A stretch of DNA of 64,000 nucleotides from Amoebophrya sp. A120 (lineage: Eukaryota; Protista; Dinoflagellata), in assembly GCA_905178155.1 (NCBI GenBank), contig CAJINV010000002.1, positions 6,366,476 to 6,430,475 of the forward strand, read 5' to 3'. The notes beneath the pieces are model-generated. The model saw only the letters and a program-made list of their open reading frames with translations, did not search any database and had not been told where the DNA came from. Both the position numbers and the translations under genes were made by a program. Positions within the stretch are counted from its first letter, which is position 1. The number at the start of each line of letters is the position of its first letter. Positions 24,540 through 36,942 of this stretch are shown in pieces.

Positions 24540-27500
24540 ATGGCGATTATCATGTCGACTGCCGCGCCTGCGGCTCCCACTGATGATGTGAAAGAGGGTG
24601 GTATAATGGTCAAAGGGCCAGCGGAGTCGCAGTTAGCCGCGTTCGTCGTTCCTCCATTACCCGTTCGGAAAAATCCACGCCCCCCCGTTTGATGCTCGAA
24701 TACTTGATAAATCGGAGGAAATTATACTACAGAAACTGAAACTCGTCCCCGTCGTGTCCAACGTGTACTGGCATCATTTCGCTGCATTTACTAGACCAAA
24801 GCCAAACTGTTGCCATGAAAGATAAGCTGTGACTTTGCCTCCTTCTTGCAAGACAGATTTGCAGTGGTCACAAGATAAAATCAGCAGCGTAAGACAGCGA
24901 CAGCCTCCGCCTCTTTCCAAGGCACATGTGTGTGTGGGGGGGCGGGGGTTTTTGCTGGCGATGTGCGTCCTACAATGCAAGCTCAGAAGAGCTGGAAAAA
25001 GTAGAAGAGATGAGAAAGCTGCTGGGGGCGAAACAGTTGAGGTCTCTCCCGGGTGGAGCTACGGGGGAGATGTGTGTTCGCTTCTTACGCGCACGGGCAG
25101 GGAACGTGGAAAAGGTACTACAGACTACTTATGTACTAGACATAGACTCAAATTCGCCTAGCAAGTATGGTTGTTTTTCGGTAAAATAAGTGAGTTTCAG
25201 TAAGTGTGTAGCAAGTATGGTTATGTAAGTGTGTAGCAACTAAAACTATGCTTGTTTTTCGGTAAGTTTCATGTCACATGACCCATAGAAGACGAGCATT
25301 CTGATATGATCAAAATAAGGCCACTGACATGCTCGAGAAGCACCTTGACTGGGTCGCGAAGTGGAGACCGTTGGAAATCCGGCAGAGCGAGATAGATGTG
25401 CCGTTGCAGGCGGGTTCCATGTGTATGTTCGGGGTAAACAAGTACGGAAATCCAGTGATGTACGGTGCGAGCCGAGCGCTATCCAAGAAATAAGCGCTAG
25501 CACAATCACGACATTCGCGCAATTTTTTCGCAGCACAAAAAGTATAAAGTTCTGTATACGTTGTTGCGGAAAAATGCATCACAGTGGATGAGTGACTTCT
25601 CTACTTAGTGTTTCTACAAGACAAATTACCAATTTCTGATGCAAGAATTGCAAGAGTGTCATTGTGATGAGTTTTTTCTTTCGCATAAGCGTGGAACCCG
25701 CACCAGTACTCGCTCGAGACGTGCATCAAGTTCATGTCCTACTACCTCGCGCTACGATAGTGGACAACTCCCCCTCTGCCTCTATCAATTGCTATGTAAA
25801 GCACCAGGTCCATTTGATTCGCATTTGCTAGCACCTTTTGGCAGACTGTTTGCATGACAAACTGCAAAAGTACAAACAGTACTACTGTATAGCGCTTGAA
25901 GAATTTTTTGCGATGCAGAAGCGTACAGTTCTACTGCCTTCTGTGTTGCAGGAGCTGCTCATGCCATGACAAAGAGCGGGGGAGTTGTCTACTACCATAC
26001 GTGCACACCGAACGTCTCTGCGAGCGGACCGACGCAAACCAGTTCGTGCTAGTTTTCGACGTCAGCTACTGGGCCCTCTGGCACGGCTATCGTGAGAAAA
26101 AAGTGTTACAGCTAATACACAATCTATTGCAAGACAAGCAAGATAGACAACCTCTATCATGCCGGAAATGCTTGTCAGCTTCATTTTATGCGTGTTTCCA
26201 ATTTTAATCTACGCACTTTTAGTTACTGGTTTTCTCTGCCATGCAGAGCATGTTTGTGTTGCTGAAATTCCAAGACATAATGTGTAACTGTAACAGTTTT
26301 TTCCTTTGATGACGGCAAGTATCTCAGTTACTCGACGCAGCTGGTACAAGCTACTACCTATTTTTGGAAAGTCATGGGGCGGTTCATCACGAATCTAGTT
26401 TAAATGAATGCCCATGTTTTAGTAGCAGAAGCTTCATCCATTTCTGAATTCTTCATCTCGAAGATCGCTCTATTGAGATGAAGATGCTTTTTGACAGGAT
26501 GATGAGAAAAATGTCGCAAGAAACATAGCGGGGAGCATGGTAACACTTACTACACTATGCATTGCAAATATGTCTGGGTCTCCTGGAAGAAGGCAAGATT
26601 TCCAATGCTGGGCTAGCAGAACATTGGTGTGACACATGTTGCGCGACAGTGCTGCTCGTTTCTGATGCGCAAACACGATTTCTCATGCGGAGAAGGCAAG
26701 ATAGAGCCTTTCGATAACTTGTGATGCATAGCTTCGCGATGACACGTGCGTGTGCCTGCTATCCGCATGATAGCATGGCAACTTTGCAGACCCAGACACA
26801 TCTGCAGTGGATAAGGACATACTTATTTCCAGATGAAGATCCTCCAAGACCAGTTTCCGGAGCGTATGAAACGGAAAACGCCCCCTCATCTTCCGGAAAT
26901 TGCATAAAAGAGCATTACCAACAAGCGGAGGCTCTTTCATAAGTATACTTAGCTAGCAGCTTTGTCACGACAGCTGAAACAAAAAGTGTCAAAATTTAGT
27001 TCCTGTGCGAGAGGGGGCTCGGTTTTCACGTTGATAGAGTGCTTGCGGCAGGCTTTTGTGATCAACGCGCCCGCGTTGCTATCATAAAGAAAACCCCACG
27101 GGGACTAGCGAGATGAATTAGTCACATTTGGTGCTGAAATGATAATGATTGTACGCGAACTATGGATGTCTTGTACTTGTTCCAGCAGAGCACACAAGAG
27201 GGAATCGAGATTTTGCATTTATGTAAAACCTATTTACAAATGTGATTTCTTCGTACGCTAGCTGTTCTCTGCAGGATACTTGTTCCAGGGCTTTTTTCGT
27301 CTCTGCAAATCAATGATAGACAAGAAGACCGTGGACAAAATAAAATTTCTGTCCATCCCGAAGGGCACGAACTTCGCCGCCGATATGAAAACGTCCACCA
27401 GCTCCACTGCAGACAAGAGCTCGTCCTCGTCTTCCAAGACAACATTTATGCTTCGCAAATAAAGTAGTATCGTAGTCGCGGGCGGAGTTTTGTTTTACGA

Positions 27501-28810
27501 AGTGCTGACATGTAGTTCTTGTCATGCAAAAATATTGCAATTTCAATTTGTCCGTAAAAAGTTGTACGATACAACCTTTGATGCACAAGTTCATACAGTC
27601 CGTGCCAACGTCCTCACCTTCTTCGACCGCCAGCACGAAGGCCACCAGCGGCAGCACGCCCTCGCCCCCGGCGATCGCCGCCACTACGATAGGCCTGTCT
27701 AACAGCATGGACATATGCATCGGAAATAGAGATGTCATCTGGGTGAACCGAATTTGTGGTGCGAAACTTGGCTTCGACAGAGATCTGTCATCCGGAATTT
27801 CGCAAATTCTGTTTATGGAAAGAAATGCGGTTAAACTGAAAGTTTCTGTTTATGGAAGAGAAACTTCTACATAATTTGATGCGACGAAGCTGCATGTCGT
27901 GCGAGGACTCCCTCGCTTGAAATCAGGCCTGGATTGCAAGAAGACAAATTATCATCTTTCTAGACCCAGAAGTCTATTTCCTTGCGGTTGATAGTGTAGC
28001 ACTCCGGACAACACCCCGACCACTGGCACAGACGTTGCCAGTGCCGCGAAGGGCGCCGCGACCTCTTCGGGCACGACCACAGCCTCTTCGGGCACGTCGA
28101 CTAGTACGAAGACAACAGAAAATAAAATCCCCTCACCAGAAGAACTTCCACCCGCGCGCTATTTTAGGGACCTGACGAAAGTAGCCGACTTTTCGAAGCT
28201 AGAGTTCCACCCGAAACCCAGAACCCAGCCAAACACGCCCACGGCAACGCCGAAAGTAGCGGGGGATAAGGGTAGCAAAGGACAGCAACAGACAAATTCG
28301 ACTTCTTCTACTGCAGCATCAGGGGCTGCTTTTGCGAATAGCAATACGTCAACGCCTGCCTCGGGGATGAGCGCCAAGTTTGCGCAGTTTCTGGACCTGG
28401 TGCCGATGGAAATTTTACCGGTTTACTATGTATCAAATGCAAATTCATATGTCTTGGGCTCCTGGAATAATAGCTCCATGCTTGTGATGCTGAATGCTGC
28501 GGGATTGAAGTGTGACAAAGTTATTTTTCTAGTGCGCTTTGTTCTCGCGCGTGGTGCGCTGGACAAGCCGCGACTTTTTGTAGGCGTAGGGTGCCGGACA
28601 AGCGAACATGACAAGAGAGCGGCGCTGCTGTTGCTTAGGCAATACATATTTTTAGGTATCATGCGAAATATTTCTAGAGTTCAACATATTTGCAATTCAT
28701 AGTACGGGGGCACCGTTCCAGCGGACCAGGTGTTAGTACCGAATTTGCCGGACGAAGAAAATTTGAAAAACTCCGGGCCGTGGAAGCACAGCTACAGAAA
28801 CCAGGACTAG
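24540..28810 (+). CDS. Sec14/CRAL-TRIO lipid-binding protein, multi-exon
   Basis: Reconstructed motifs VRFLRARAGNVEKATDMLEKHLDW, FVLVFDV, KILQDQFPERLRQAFVINAPALFQGFF, TVDKIKFL and ILPVYYGG. Canonical introns 25115-25319 and 26344-26832 plus 9 exon-splitting introners. Confidence 0.85.
24658..24963. mobile_element. Degenerate introner, family B-like
   Basis: ggaaaaatcc..cccccc / gggggg..ggtttt core; DR tccat/tgcgt; join VVPPSYNA. Confidence 0.6.
25480..25687. mobile_element. Introner, family D-like
   Basis: tatccaagaaa / tttctttcgcata; DR agcgc/agcgt; join SRAWNPH. Confidence 0.78.
25753..25999. mobile_element. Introner, family C-like
   Basis: tacgatagtggacaactccccc / gggggagttgtctactaccata; DR cgcgc/cgtgc; join YYLAHTERLC. 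Confidence 0.78.
26088..26311. mobile_element. Introner, family D-like
   Basis: tatcgtgagaaaaaagtgttacag / ctgtaacagttttttcctttgatg; DR acggc; join LWHGKYL. Confidence 0.8.
26556..26813. mobile_element. Family A-like element inside canonical intron 26344-26832
   Basis: tatgcattgcaaatatgtctgggtct / agacccagacacatctgcagtggata; DR decayed. Confidence 0.75.
26865..27036. mobile_element. Introner (unassigned family)
   Basis: tatgaaacggaaaacgccccctc / gagggggctcggttttcacgttgata; DR gagcg/gagtg; join FPERL. Confidence 0.82.
27080..27278. mobile_element. Degenerate introner
   Basis: tatcataaagaaaac / gttctctgcaggata; DR gttgc/cttgt; join INAPALFQG. Confidence 0.75.
27447..27595. mobile_element. 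Degenerate introner, family G-like
   Basis: tatg..gtatcgta / tacgatac..cata; DR decayed; frame restored. Confidence 0.55.
27714..27993. mobile_element. Degenerate introner, family A-like
   Basis: tatgc..ggaaataga..tctgggt / acccaga..tctatttcc..gata; join SMDSTPD. Confidence 0.65.
28431..28701. mobile_element. Introner, family A-like
   Basis: tatcaaatgcaaat / atttgcaattcata; DR ctatg/gtacg; join LPVYYGGT. Confidence 0.8.
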
Positions 28811-29990
28811 CGGTTGAAATAGAGAAAAGGCAAAACACTGCAAAAAAACATGTGTTGCGTCGGTGGCTTTATTGAAATTTTAAATTCAGCATCTTTTATT
28901 TTAGAAGCGCTGTGCAGGTGCAGCTGATTTTGGATTTGGTTTCATGACTGCTTTGAAGCACATCGAGATGACAAGAAGAACGCAAACAGCTCTCCGTTTC
29001 GACAAGTCTACGTGAAAATATGAAGCAGAAACGAATGATCACAAACCTGCAACAAGGACCAGGGCCCGCAGCGCTTCGTGGAGCCTTGAACAGGGAAACA
29101 GCACGAAATAGTTCGCTACAACAGGCTTAGGATCCCACATTCATGGTTGCGCATATTTATCAGAACCGATGAGATTTTCGCGTGTGTGTACTTAATTTCT
29201 TTTCTCCTACTACACCCCCCCCTGGGAATGGCAAAACGTGGTCGTAGTTGCGTGCAGTGCGCGTCTTGTGAGGATCCTGTTCCTGTGTAGCATTGACAGC
29301 AGGCGGCTTCTCTAAAATGTTGCGTAAGAAAGTAGTCAAAAACTTATGTGTAAAAGTCGTGGATGTCCTCATCGTTGTCGTGGGGTCAGGATGAATTCCG
29401 TTTCTGACAGCACTATCTGATCGTCGAGTTTCCAGCTTCCCGTCGCATGAAGAAACCTCATATAATCAACATCAATCGTCATCTAGTACATCATCGCACG
29501 ACGTGCATAATTTTACATTCCCTATACTCTATACTGCACTTGGCTCCTTATCGTGTCGTCGCGAGCTCACTACCCTTCCCACATGATCAAAGTAGACAAA
29601 AAACTATACCACACGGACGAGCTAATGGTTCGGAATTTTAAGATGAAGTGTACAGAAGCAACAGAAACTCCAGTCCGTCTTTACAGGGGAGGTGCAGCTT
29701 CTTTTTTTGTGCAGCTCATAATTGGAGAAAACGTCTGACTTCGTAGGAATTTTTAAAGAAAGTCCCTACATGGAGTAAAAAGCAAACCAGCCATGCCTTG
29801 GGCGAATGCTGTCTACGTTCTTCATGCAGTTGGAACCCACCTTCGCGTGCGCGTCAAAAACGAGCATCCACCGGGGACGAGTGCCTAAGAGCCACGAGAC
29901 AACCACAGTAGCGGGGGTTCTACTAGGTGGCTGTGTCTCTGTGTTTCACCAACGGTAGAAGTTCTTCGGAGCCTCGTTTTATCAACAAAG

Positions 29991-32900
29991 ATGTCCTCCG
30001 AGCTGAGCAGCAGGACACAACAAGGCCCTGGAACGGCCGAAGAGCAGGTCATCGACATGCTCGAGGAACAGGACCTGGTGTCGGAGGAAGTGAAGGCCTG
30101 CGTTTTCTGCAAAAAAGTGTTTCAGCCCGGGGAGTCCTTCTGCTCAGTACTGCACAATGGCGTCGCGCAGAATTTTCACCTTGGCTGCTTCCGCTGCTGC
30201 CGCTGCCGAGTGGGGATCGGAAGAGGTACATTGAAGGTTTAGGGTTTTGGGACGCCTATTTATGGCGCTTTGCGTTGTATTTTGTTTGTCTGAACAACAA
30301 CAAACTGAAAGATGATTGCACATGAAGATGACACAAGCCGAGCTGAAGCAGTTCGTATCGGGGAGAAGTAAATGATTGAAGATGCAGGATGCAAATATAG
30401 AACTAGAAGCAACTATGTATAATTAGAAGCACAATTTCATCTTCTCCACCCAACAGGTTCGTACCACGTACTGCCTTCCATGGACGATGCTGAGGAGAAG
30501 ATGCCATCGTCTGCCACCCCAGATGGAGCAGTTGTCAGCAAGGCTAAGGCACCCAGCGCGGCATCACAAAAAGCTTTCACGTATCCCACAGAAAAAAGCT
30601 GGCTGCAGGGCATATTTGTAATGCAAAAATAAATACACAGAAAAACCTGTCATGGGCGGCCTCATAGCATGCTGTTTAGCATACGCAATACAGATTTTTT
30701 TGTGTATTTATTTTTGCATTACAAATGTGACCTGCCAGCTTTTTTCTGTGGGATATCACAGACATGAAGTTTTTGTGCAAGTCGTGTGTGCCGCGGTGCC
30801 CGGCGTGCATGGACCCCTTGCTCGGCGCACTCACGTGCTTCACGATCAACGAGCTTCTGGGCGAAATCAAGTTGCACAGCGAGTGCTTCCGCTGTTTTCT
30901 GTGCCTGAACAAGATCGCGAAGTCGTACACCAAGGTGGACTTCGCGAAGTGCACCAACGTCGCGCGGAAACAGATCGAAGCGAATCTGCAGCAGGATATC
31001 GGCCTGGAGCGGTTGCGGGAAAAGATGTGGCGTTCGGAGTTTTTCAAGGACCAGTCCTCCTCCAACGAGGGTGGCGCCTTGGTCGCGAGCGCGAAACAGG
31101 ACGCGCGGAAGGCGATTATTTGCGAGCTGTGCGTCCCGCACGTGTACCCCAAGAAGCAGTGCTACTTTTGCCTGGAAGAAATCCTCCACGATATGACCAA
31201 GGGGGTCCGCAGCATGCGCATCGACAAGGCCATGGACTGTTTCCGCTTAGAGGATTACCACGAACAGCAGCAGCTACAGCTGCTGCAACAGAGGCGGCAA
31301 CTGTCGAGGAAAGTGGGTTTCTCAGGTCGTGGACGAGCAGGTGACCACGGAGTAGAAGCCGAAGAAGTAGGTGGAAGACCTGCAGAAGGAACAGCAGCAG
31401 GAGCAGCGGAAGAAGAGCAGGAGCTTTTGTTGTGCACGCCCACGGAGCAGCAGACAGAGACACGTCGAACAAGCCAAAATCACTTCCAAGCCGCATTAGG
31501 CGATTTAGAATCGGAATCACACTCGTTTACGGTGGTTTCGGCACGACAATCGCAGTCCCCCTTGCCGGCTTTCGGGCCAGAGTGGGAAAAGCTAGAAGTG
31601 CAAGAGCAAGTATGACATTGATGTAGCTCATCTATAGATAATTGACCTTTGTTGTTGTTTGATGTAGTCGGTTCGTTCCGGTTGTACATACTTCGCTCGC
31701 ACACGTGCAGAGTTCTGAAGCGTTTATATTGTTTCACGTCACAACATAGCACTTTTAGAAGCTAAATACCAAGAACTTTTCGTAACTTTTCAGATCACGA
31801 CACCGACGGTTCCGGCTGCGAATGTGGATGTCGATAAAGATTATGCAGCTGCTGGAACAACAAGTACAAGCACGAGCAGCAGACCGAGACTGGACGCGCA
31901 GCCCGCACATCTCACGGACGACGCGCTTCTACAAAACTTCACAATCCGACGGGAAGATCTGAAAAGCAAGCGGAAGCCTGAGATGGCGACGGTCTTTTTT
32001 CACGGACACTGCTTCAAGTGCGTCCAGTGCGACAACGAAATTGTGAATTCCAAGAAGTTTCTGCAGATGGGTCGCTACGAGTTTCTCTGTTCCGACTGCT
32101 TCCCGACCTGCGTGCGCTGTAAGGAGACGCTGGTGGGGGAAAAGAGCTGCACCATCCCGCTTGGTGTTGTTCCTACGAGCAGTTCGCTGGTGACTTCTTC
32201 TGGTCCACTGCAACAGGCTCTCGCTCTTCCCGCAGGTGGGTCGTCAGGAGAAAATGTCAACAATAAGTCTACTGCATCTGCGTCCCTTCAGCAGCACAGC
32301 ATCATTCTGCACCAGCGTTGTTTCTGCTGCGACTTGTGTCAGAAGCAGATCGACAGCGAGGAGACCTCCACAGGTAACAACATCAACTCCGGCCATTTCA
32401 CGTTCGACAGCAGTTACTTTGAGGATAGCCCCGCCGCGAGGGAGTTCTATCGGAAATGGAACATCAGCAAGCAGAGCAGGACAAAAGCAAATGATACAAG
32501 TTATCCAGCAAATAACCGTACACTTCCGGACGGGGAGACGACCGTGGCGTGTCCCAGCTGCTACAAAGGGTTGATGCAGGAGAAGGAAAAGTTCGTCTGC
32601 GATTTTCTGATGGAGGAGGAGTTCAAGAAGAGGCGGAAGCTGGAAGAGAAAAACGGCATCTTCCAGTGGGACGAAAGGTTGCTCAAGCCCGATTGCACAC
32701 ACGCCTTGCGCCAAATACTGGAGTTTGAGGAAAGCAGTGGTTCTTTTACCAAGACCAGTACGATGAAAAGCAACCAGGCTGCTCATGCATCGGTTCTTGC
32801 TGGCGTCGACGAAACAAATAATCACCTCAAGCTGCTTCTCGAACAGGTCTTTCACGACCAAGAACGGGAAGCAGAAGTGGGAAAAATGGCTCAGCCTACT

Positions 32901-35900
32901 GTGCACCAGCCGAAAAGGTTTTGCGTTTTTTACGAGGAGGCAATACCAGGAGCCCGAAAGGAAAGAATATCCCTCGTGCCGATAAAACAAAACCCACCTT
33001 TGGAGGCGCAGACGAACAGCGGAGTAAAAGATCCTGCTGACCCGTTTACTTTCTCAACATCCTCCTCCGGATCATCGGATTTGTACAGCGTGAATTTGCA
33101 GTATTTCTTCCTCTCCTTGAAGATGCTGAGGGAAAACCACGAACCCTTCTTCAGTCTGGATCCGGCCGACCCCACCGATTTGATGGGGAAACTGCAGAAA
33201 AAGCGTTTCCACCCCGAGTGGCTGGCGGACACGCTGATGGGCGAGGTTTTGTTCCAGGCCGATTACTTCCTGAAACAGTTCTCTTTCGGCGAAATCACGA
33301 ACAGCAGCACTGCCAGTGCGGAGCAGCGGAAGCACAGCTACAAAATTCCGCTCCTGCCACCGGAGCTCTTTAAGGGCAGTCCCGTCCTGAAGAGCAGAGA
33401 AATGGGAGGAACCGGAATAACAATAAACAAGAAGAGCGGAAACAATAATAGAGAAGATCCCCAGATGAAGCTGCAAGAAGATGTGAACGCCGAGGCTGCC
33501 AGCTCATCGTCCTCTACTGCGAGTCGCCAGTGGTTCGTGCTAGACGAGGCACAAGTCGTGCAGGTCGCGCGCCCAGAGGAGATCACCGAGGAAGAGGCGG
33601 AAAATATGCTGAAAGAAGCATCGAAAAGAACCAAAGAACTCTATCGAGAAAGCAACGCAGCGAATAAAACGAAGGACATATCCTAAGTAAAAATGTCCCC
33701 ACACCAGAGTCAAGATGGGAAATCCGCTAGACAAATCAGCCACTTTTGGTTGTTTCGCATGACAAGTCTGTCCTCGTATTGTAATCCTGTTTAGCTAGTT
33801 CCGAAGCATCACAGATCCAGTTTATCATGCTGATTTGAGCATAACAAATCTCACAAAACCACTAGAAAACGCTTCCGATGGGGCTCCGCATGAGAAACAA
33901 TTTCAGCAAGCAGATTTGTATTGCAACTATGGGGTGGGGACGTTTTTACATTGGATAGAACCAAGAACCTTCCGCTTCCTCCGGCTTCCTCCTCGTGCCG
34001 CGGGTGCGACTGCGCGTGGAGGCGCGACGGCTGACGCGAGACCCGGAGACCAATACGTACAAGGATGCGAAGTTCACGTCTTCGAAGGACCCGGCGGTGC
34101 TGCAGGCGAAGTTTTTCACGGAAAAGTTTCCGCAGATTGCGGCGAAGGTGCCGGTATCCTGTGCAAAAGTATCGTACTCGTATAAATGCAAGTCTTGCAT
34201 TGCAAATCTTTTTATGATAGCAAATCCGCATGACAAATTCCATTTCTCATGCTAAGGAAATTTGTATTGCAATAGCAATTTATACTAGTAGGTACGATAC
34301 TTTTGCACTTCATAGCCGGTCGTGGCGGAGTTGATCGAGGTGGCCCGGGCCCTGACGCTGGCGAAGTGGATTCTGGAGAAGAAATATGAGAGTGCACAAC
34401 TCCCCCTCCCCCTCATTTGTGTTGCATGAACAGCAACACAAGCGCTGGCAAAGATGCAGCTTTTGCATCACAAATTCTGAGAGGACTGTGGTGCTGTTTT
34501 GGATTCCAGAATTTGTCATGCAAACAGTGTTAACAGGCAAGGGGTGGATTGGGAATTTTGCATGACAAATGAGGGGGAGGGGGAGTTGTGCACTCTCATA
34601 AGAAAGAATTTCAAATCGTAAACGGCGAAAAGCTGGACCTGCTCGCGCCGCAGCGGGTGTCGACGCGGATGAAATTTCCGAAAAGTGTCGTTGTGGAGGG
34701 CAGTGCTGGTTCTTTTGTCTCGGCGGGCGGAGTTGTCGGGAGGGACGAGAACATGATGAAGTTGAAGCCTGGGAGGTCCACCTTTTCGACGCGAAACAGT
34801 AAGGGAAATCAGGCGAGGAACAAGACTAAGGCTCTGCAAGACGTCGACCGGCTCTACCTGCACAGAGAGCATGAAAAATCAAATTCTGGCGCTTTCGAAG
34901 GAAGACGTGTGGCGAACACGGTGAGAAACGATAGCTTGGTGTTCGAGGACGAAGAAGATCAGACAGGTCCACCTGAAAAAGTAACAGCCCCGGAAGATTT
35001 TGCCCTTGGACGAAAAGCAAGGAACGGCGAATCCGAGGAACAGCGACCTCCTCCTGGGGAAAAAAACAACAAGTCTGCTGCTGTGATCAGCCGAGAAAGT
35101 TTGCAACTGTTGAAAGCTACCGATCATTTGTCTAGGCCAGGAGAACAAGAACCAGTGGCGGCTGTGTCTAATAGAAGTTGTACTCAACCAGCAGGAGTGC
35201 TGGAGCAAGTCCAGGGAGATCTTTCCAAAGACGGTAGTATCATCTTCCCTCCGCCCCAGCAGCAGCGTCTATCCGCAGACCAGAGGACCGTCAATCCACC
35301 TAGCACCCCGGGCGCGGGCTCGACCACCGCTACCAACCAGGACGATGGGGGGAATACCACCAACCTGGAAGACGGAGGAGCGACCTACGAAGGCGCGACT
35401 AGCGGCACCGAGTCCACCGTGAGCGGAGTTGTCCATCATCCCAGCAGCTGCTCAACGAATGCGGATATCATGAACAAAATCAACAGCATCACAACCAACG
35501 ACTTTCGCGTCCCGCATTCTGACAATTCAGCGGCTTGTCCCTCGGCAAACAGAAGTCGAAACAAGAAATCCTCGTCCCCCACCTCAAGAAGTAGGAGAAA
35601 AGCCGCTGTTGAGAAAAAAGCGGCTTTATCCCCCGCCCGCGCGGAAATAAACAACGAGTTCCGACCCGCGACCACCATGAGTGCCGGATCCTCGAGTATC
35701 CATTCAAATAGCTCCTCAGCGCCGCAGCTACCCCCCCGGACCCTGGGCTTCACGGCGGAGAGTATGGCCAATTTGGTTTTGGGGGCGGACAGAGGAGGTG
35801 TAACAACAACGGGTGTCAACGTGACACCAGGAGGAATACTTGCGTCACCATCCTCAAATGCAATGAATTCCTCCCCTCGGAGGCGACGCGAAACGATCAG

Positions 35901-36942
35901 CAGAACCGATGTGTTGCGGAAGCAAACCGACGCGAACGCTTTGGAGGATATGATGTTGCAAACTCGGTTCCTGCATGGCGGAAGTAGGACGGATAATAAA
36001 CATAAAGCTGGTGCCAACACTTCCTCAAATTCACCCTCTCCAAGAAGAAGTCCGGTCAGAGGTGGAGTAGAGACAAATGCCATGACACGTACATCCAGAG
36101 CTGGTGCGCATTTTTTCACAGAAGGCAGTCACAACTCCCCGGAGCCGCGGAGGAGGACGGCGGAACAGGAGGACGATCACGAGAAGCTAATATCCGACAA
36201 TAGTTCAACCCCGGGCAGCATTTCTGAACAAGATGAACAAGAAAGCGACCGCCACAACTTCTACCCCATGTTTATCCCGACGCTGGCCAAGCGCACTCTG
36301 TCGTCGAAAGTCGATTACGACAACGGCGTCCTTTCCGTTGAGCACAACACGGTCCACATGTACGGCGGTGTCGATTTGGGGTCCTTCCCCGCGGCCAAGA
36401 TCGACGAGACTTTCGTCCAGGGCGTGGACTTGAGCATGCACCGCGGGAAGGAAATCGACGAAGCCGTGGTGCAGGGGGTTGATCTGTCCCTCAGTCCGGA
36501 TCGGAAGAATAATGGGACGAGGAACTTGTTGGCGAAAGAAGAAAAGGATTTGGTTTTGTCCCCAACAACATCTTCGACTTCCCGGCAAGAAGAGCAGCAG
36601 CAGAAAATTTTGCGAGAAAAAACAAGTTACCAAAATCGGAAGTCGAGGATAAGGCTCGGGTGGATCCACGGGACCACAGGGTCGTTGAGCAGGAATTTGG
36701 AGACTGCGAACAAGGACAAGAACCTACTGTCCGCGATTTTGTCGCAGAATGTGGAACAAGCGGAGAGTTTGTGGGGGAATGCACCAATTCATTTCGGGAA
36801 CGACAGTTCTTCTGGTTCAAGTTCATCTTCAGCCCTTTCAGCAGAACGCACCGCGTCTTCCTGTGAGAATAACAGGATCTCTCTGGAGCATCTGTTGGCT
36901 ACTGGAGGTCCGGGAGTCGGGGGAACAAGGAGGAGGCGGTGA
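29991..36942 (+). CDS. Multi-LIM-domain protein with a central conserved domain (DTLMGEVLFQADYFLKQ) and a long disordered C-terminus
   Basis: Several CxxC...HxxCFxCxxC...CxxC LIM zinc motifs. Canonical introns 30226-30456 and 31610-31793, plus 4 introners. DUF1598-like resemblance of the central domain is from memory and unverified. Confidence 0.8.
30582..30755. mobile_element. Introner, family H (foldback-like, arms about 57 bp)
   Basis: tatcccacagaaaaaagctggc..atttgtaatgcaaaaataaatacaca with its reverse complement at the right end; DR tcacg/tcaca; join AFTDMKFLC. Confidence 0.88.
33679..33957. mobile_element. Introner, family E
   Basis: tatcctaagtaaaaatgtccccac / gtggggacgtttttacattggata; DR ggaca/gaacc; frame restored. 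Confidence 0.85.
34155..34314. mobile_element. Introner, family G
   Basis: tatcctgtgcaaaagtatcgtac / gtacgatacttttgcacttcata; DR gccgg; join KVPVVAEL. Confidence 0.9.
34385..34600. mobile_element. Introner, family C (young copy, 36-bp perfect TIR)
   Basis: tatgagagtgcacaactccccctccccctcatttgt with its exact reverse complement; DR agaaa; join LEKKEFQ. Confidence 0.93.

Noticed and set aside
25158-25266. Short repeats (taagtgtgtagcaa, tagcaagtatggtt) in a canonical intron
   Set aside because: Looks like local slippage duplication.
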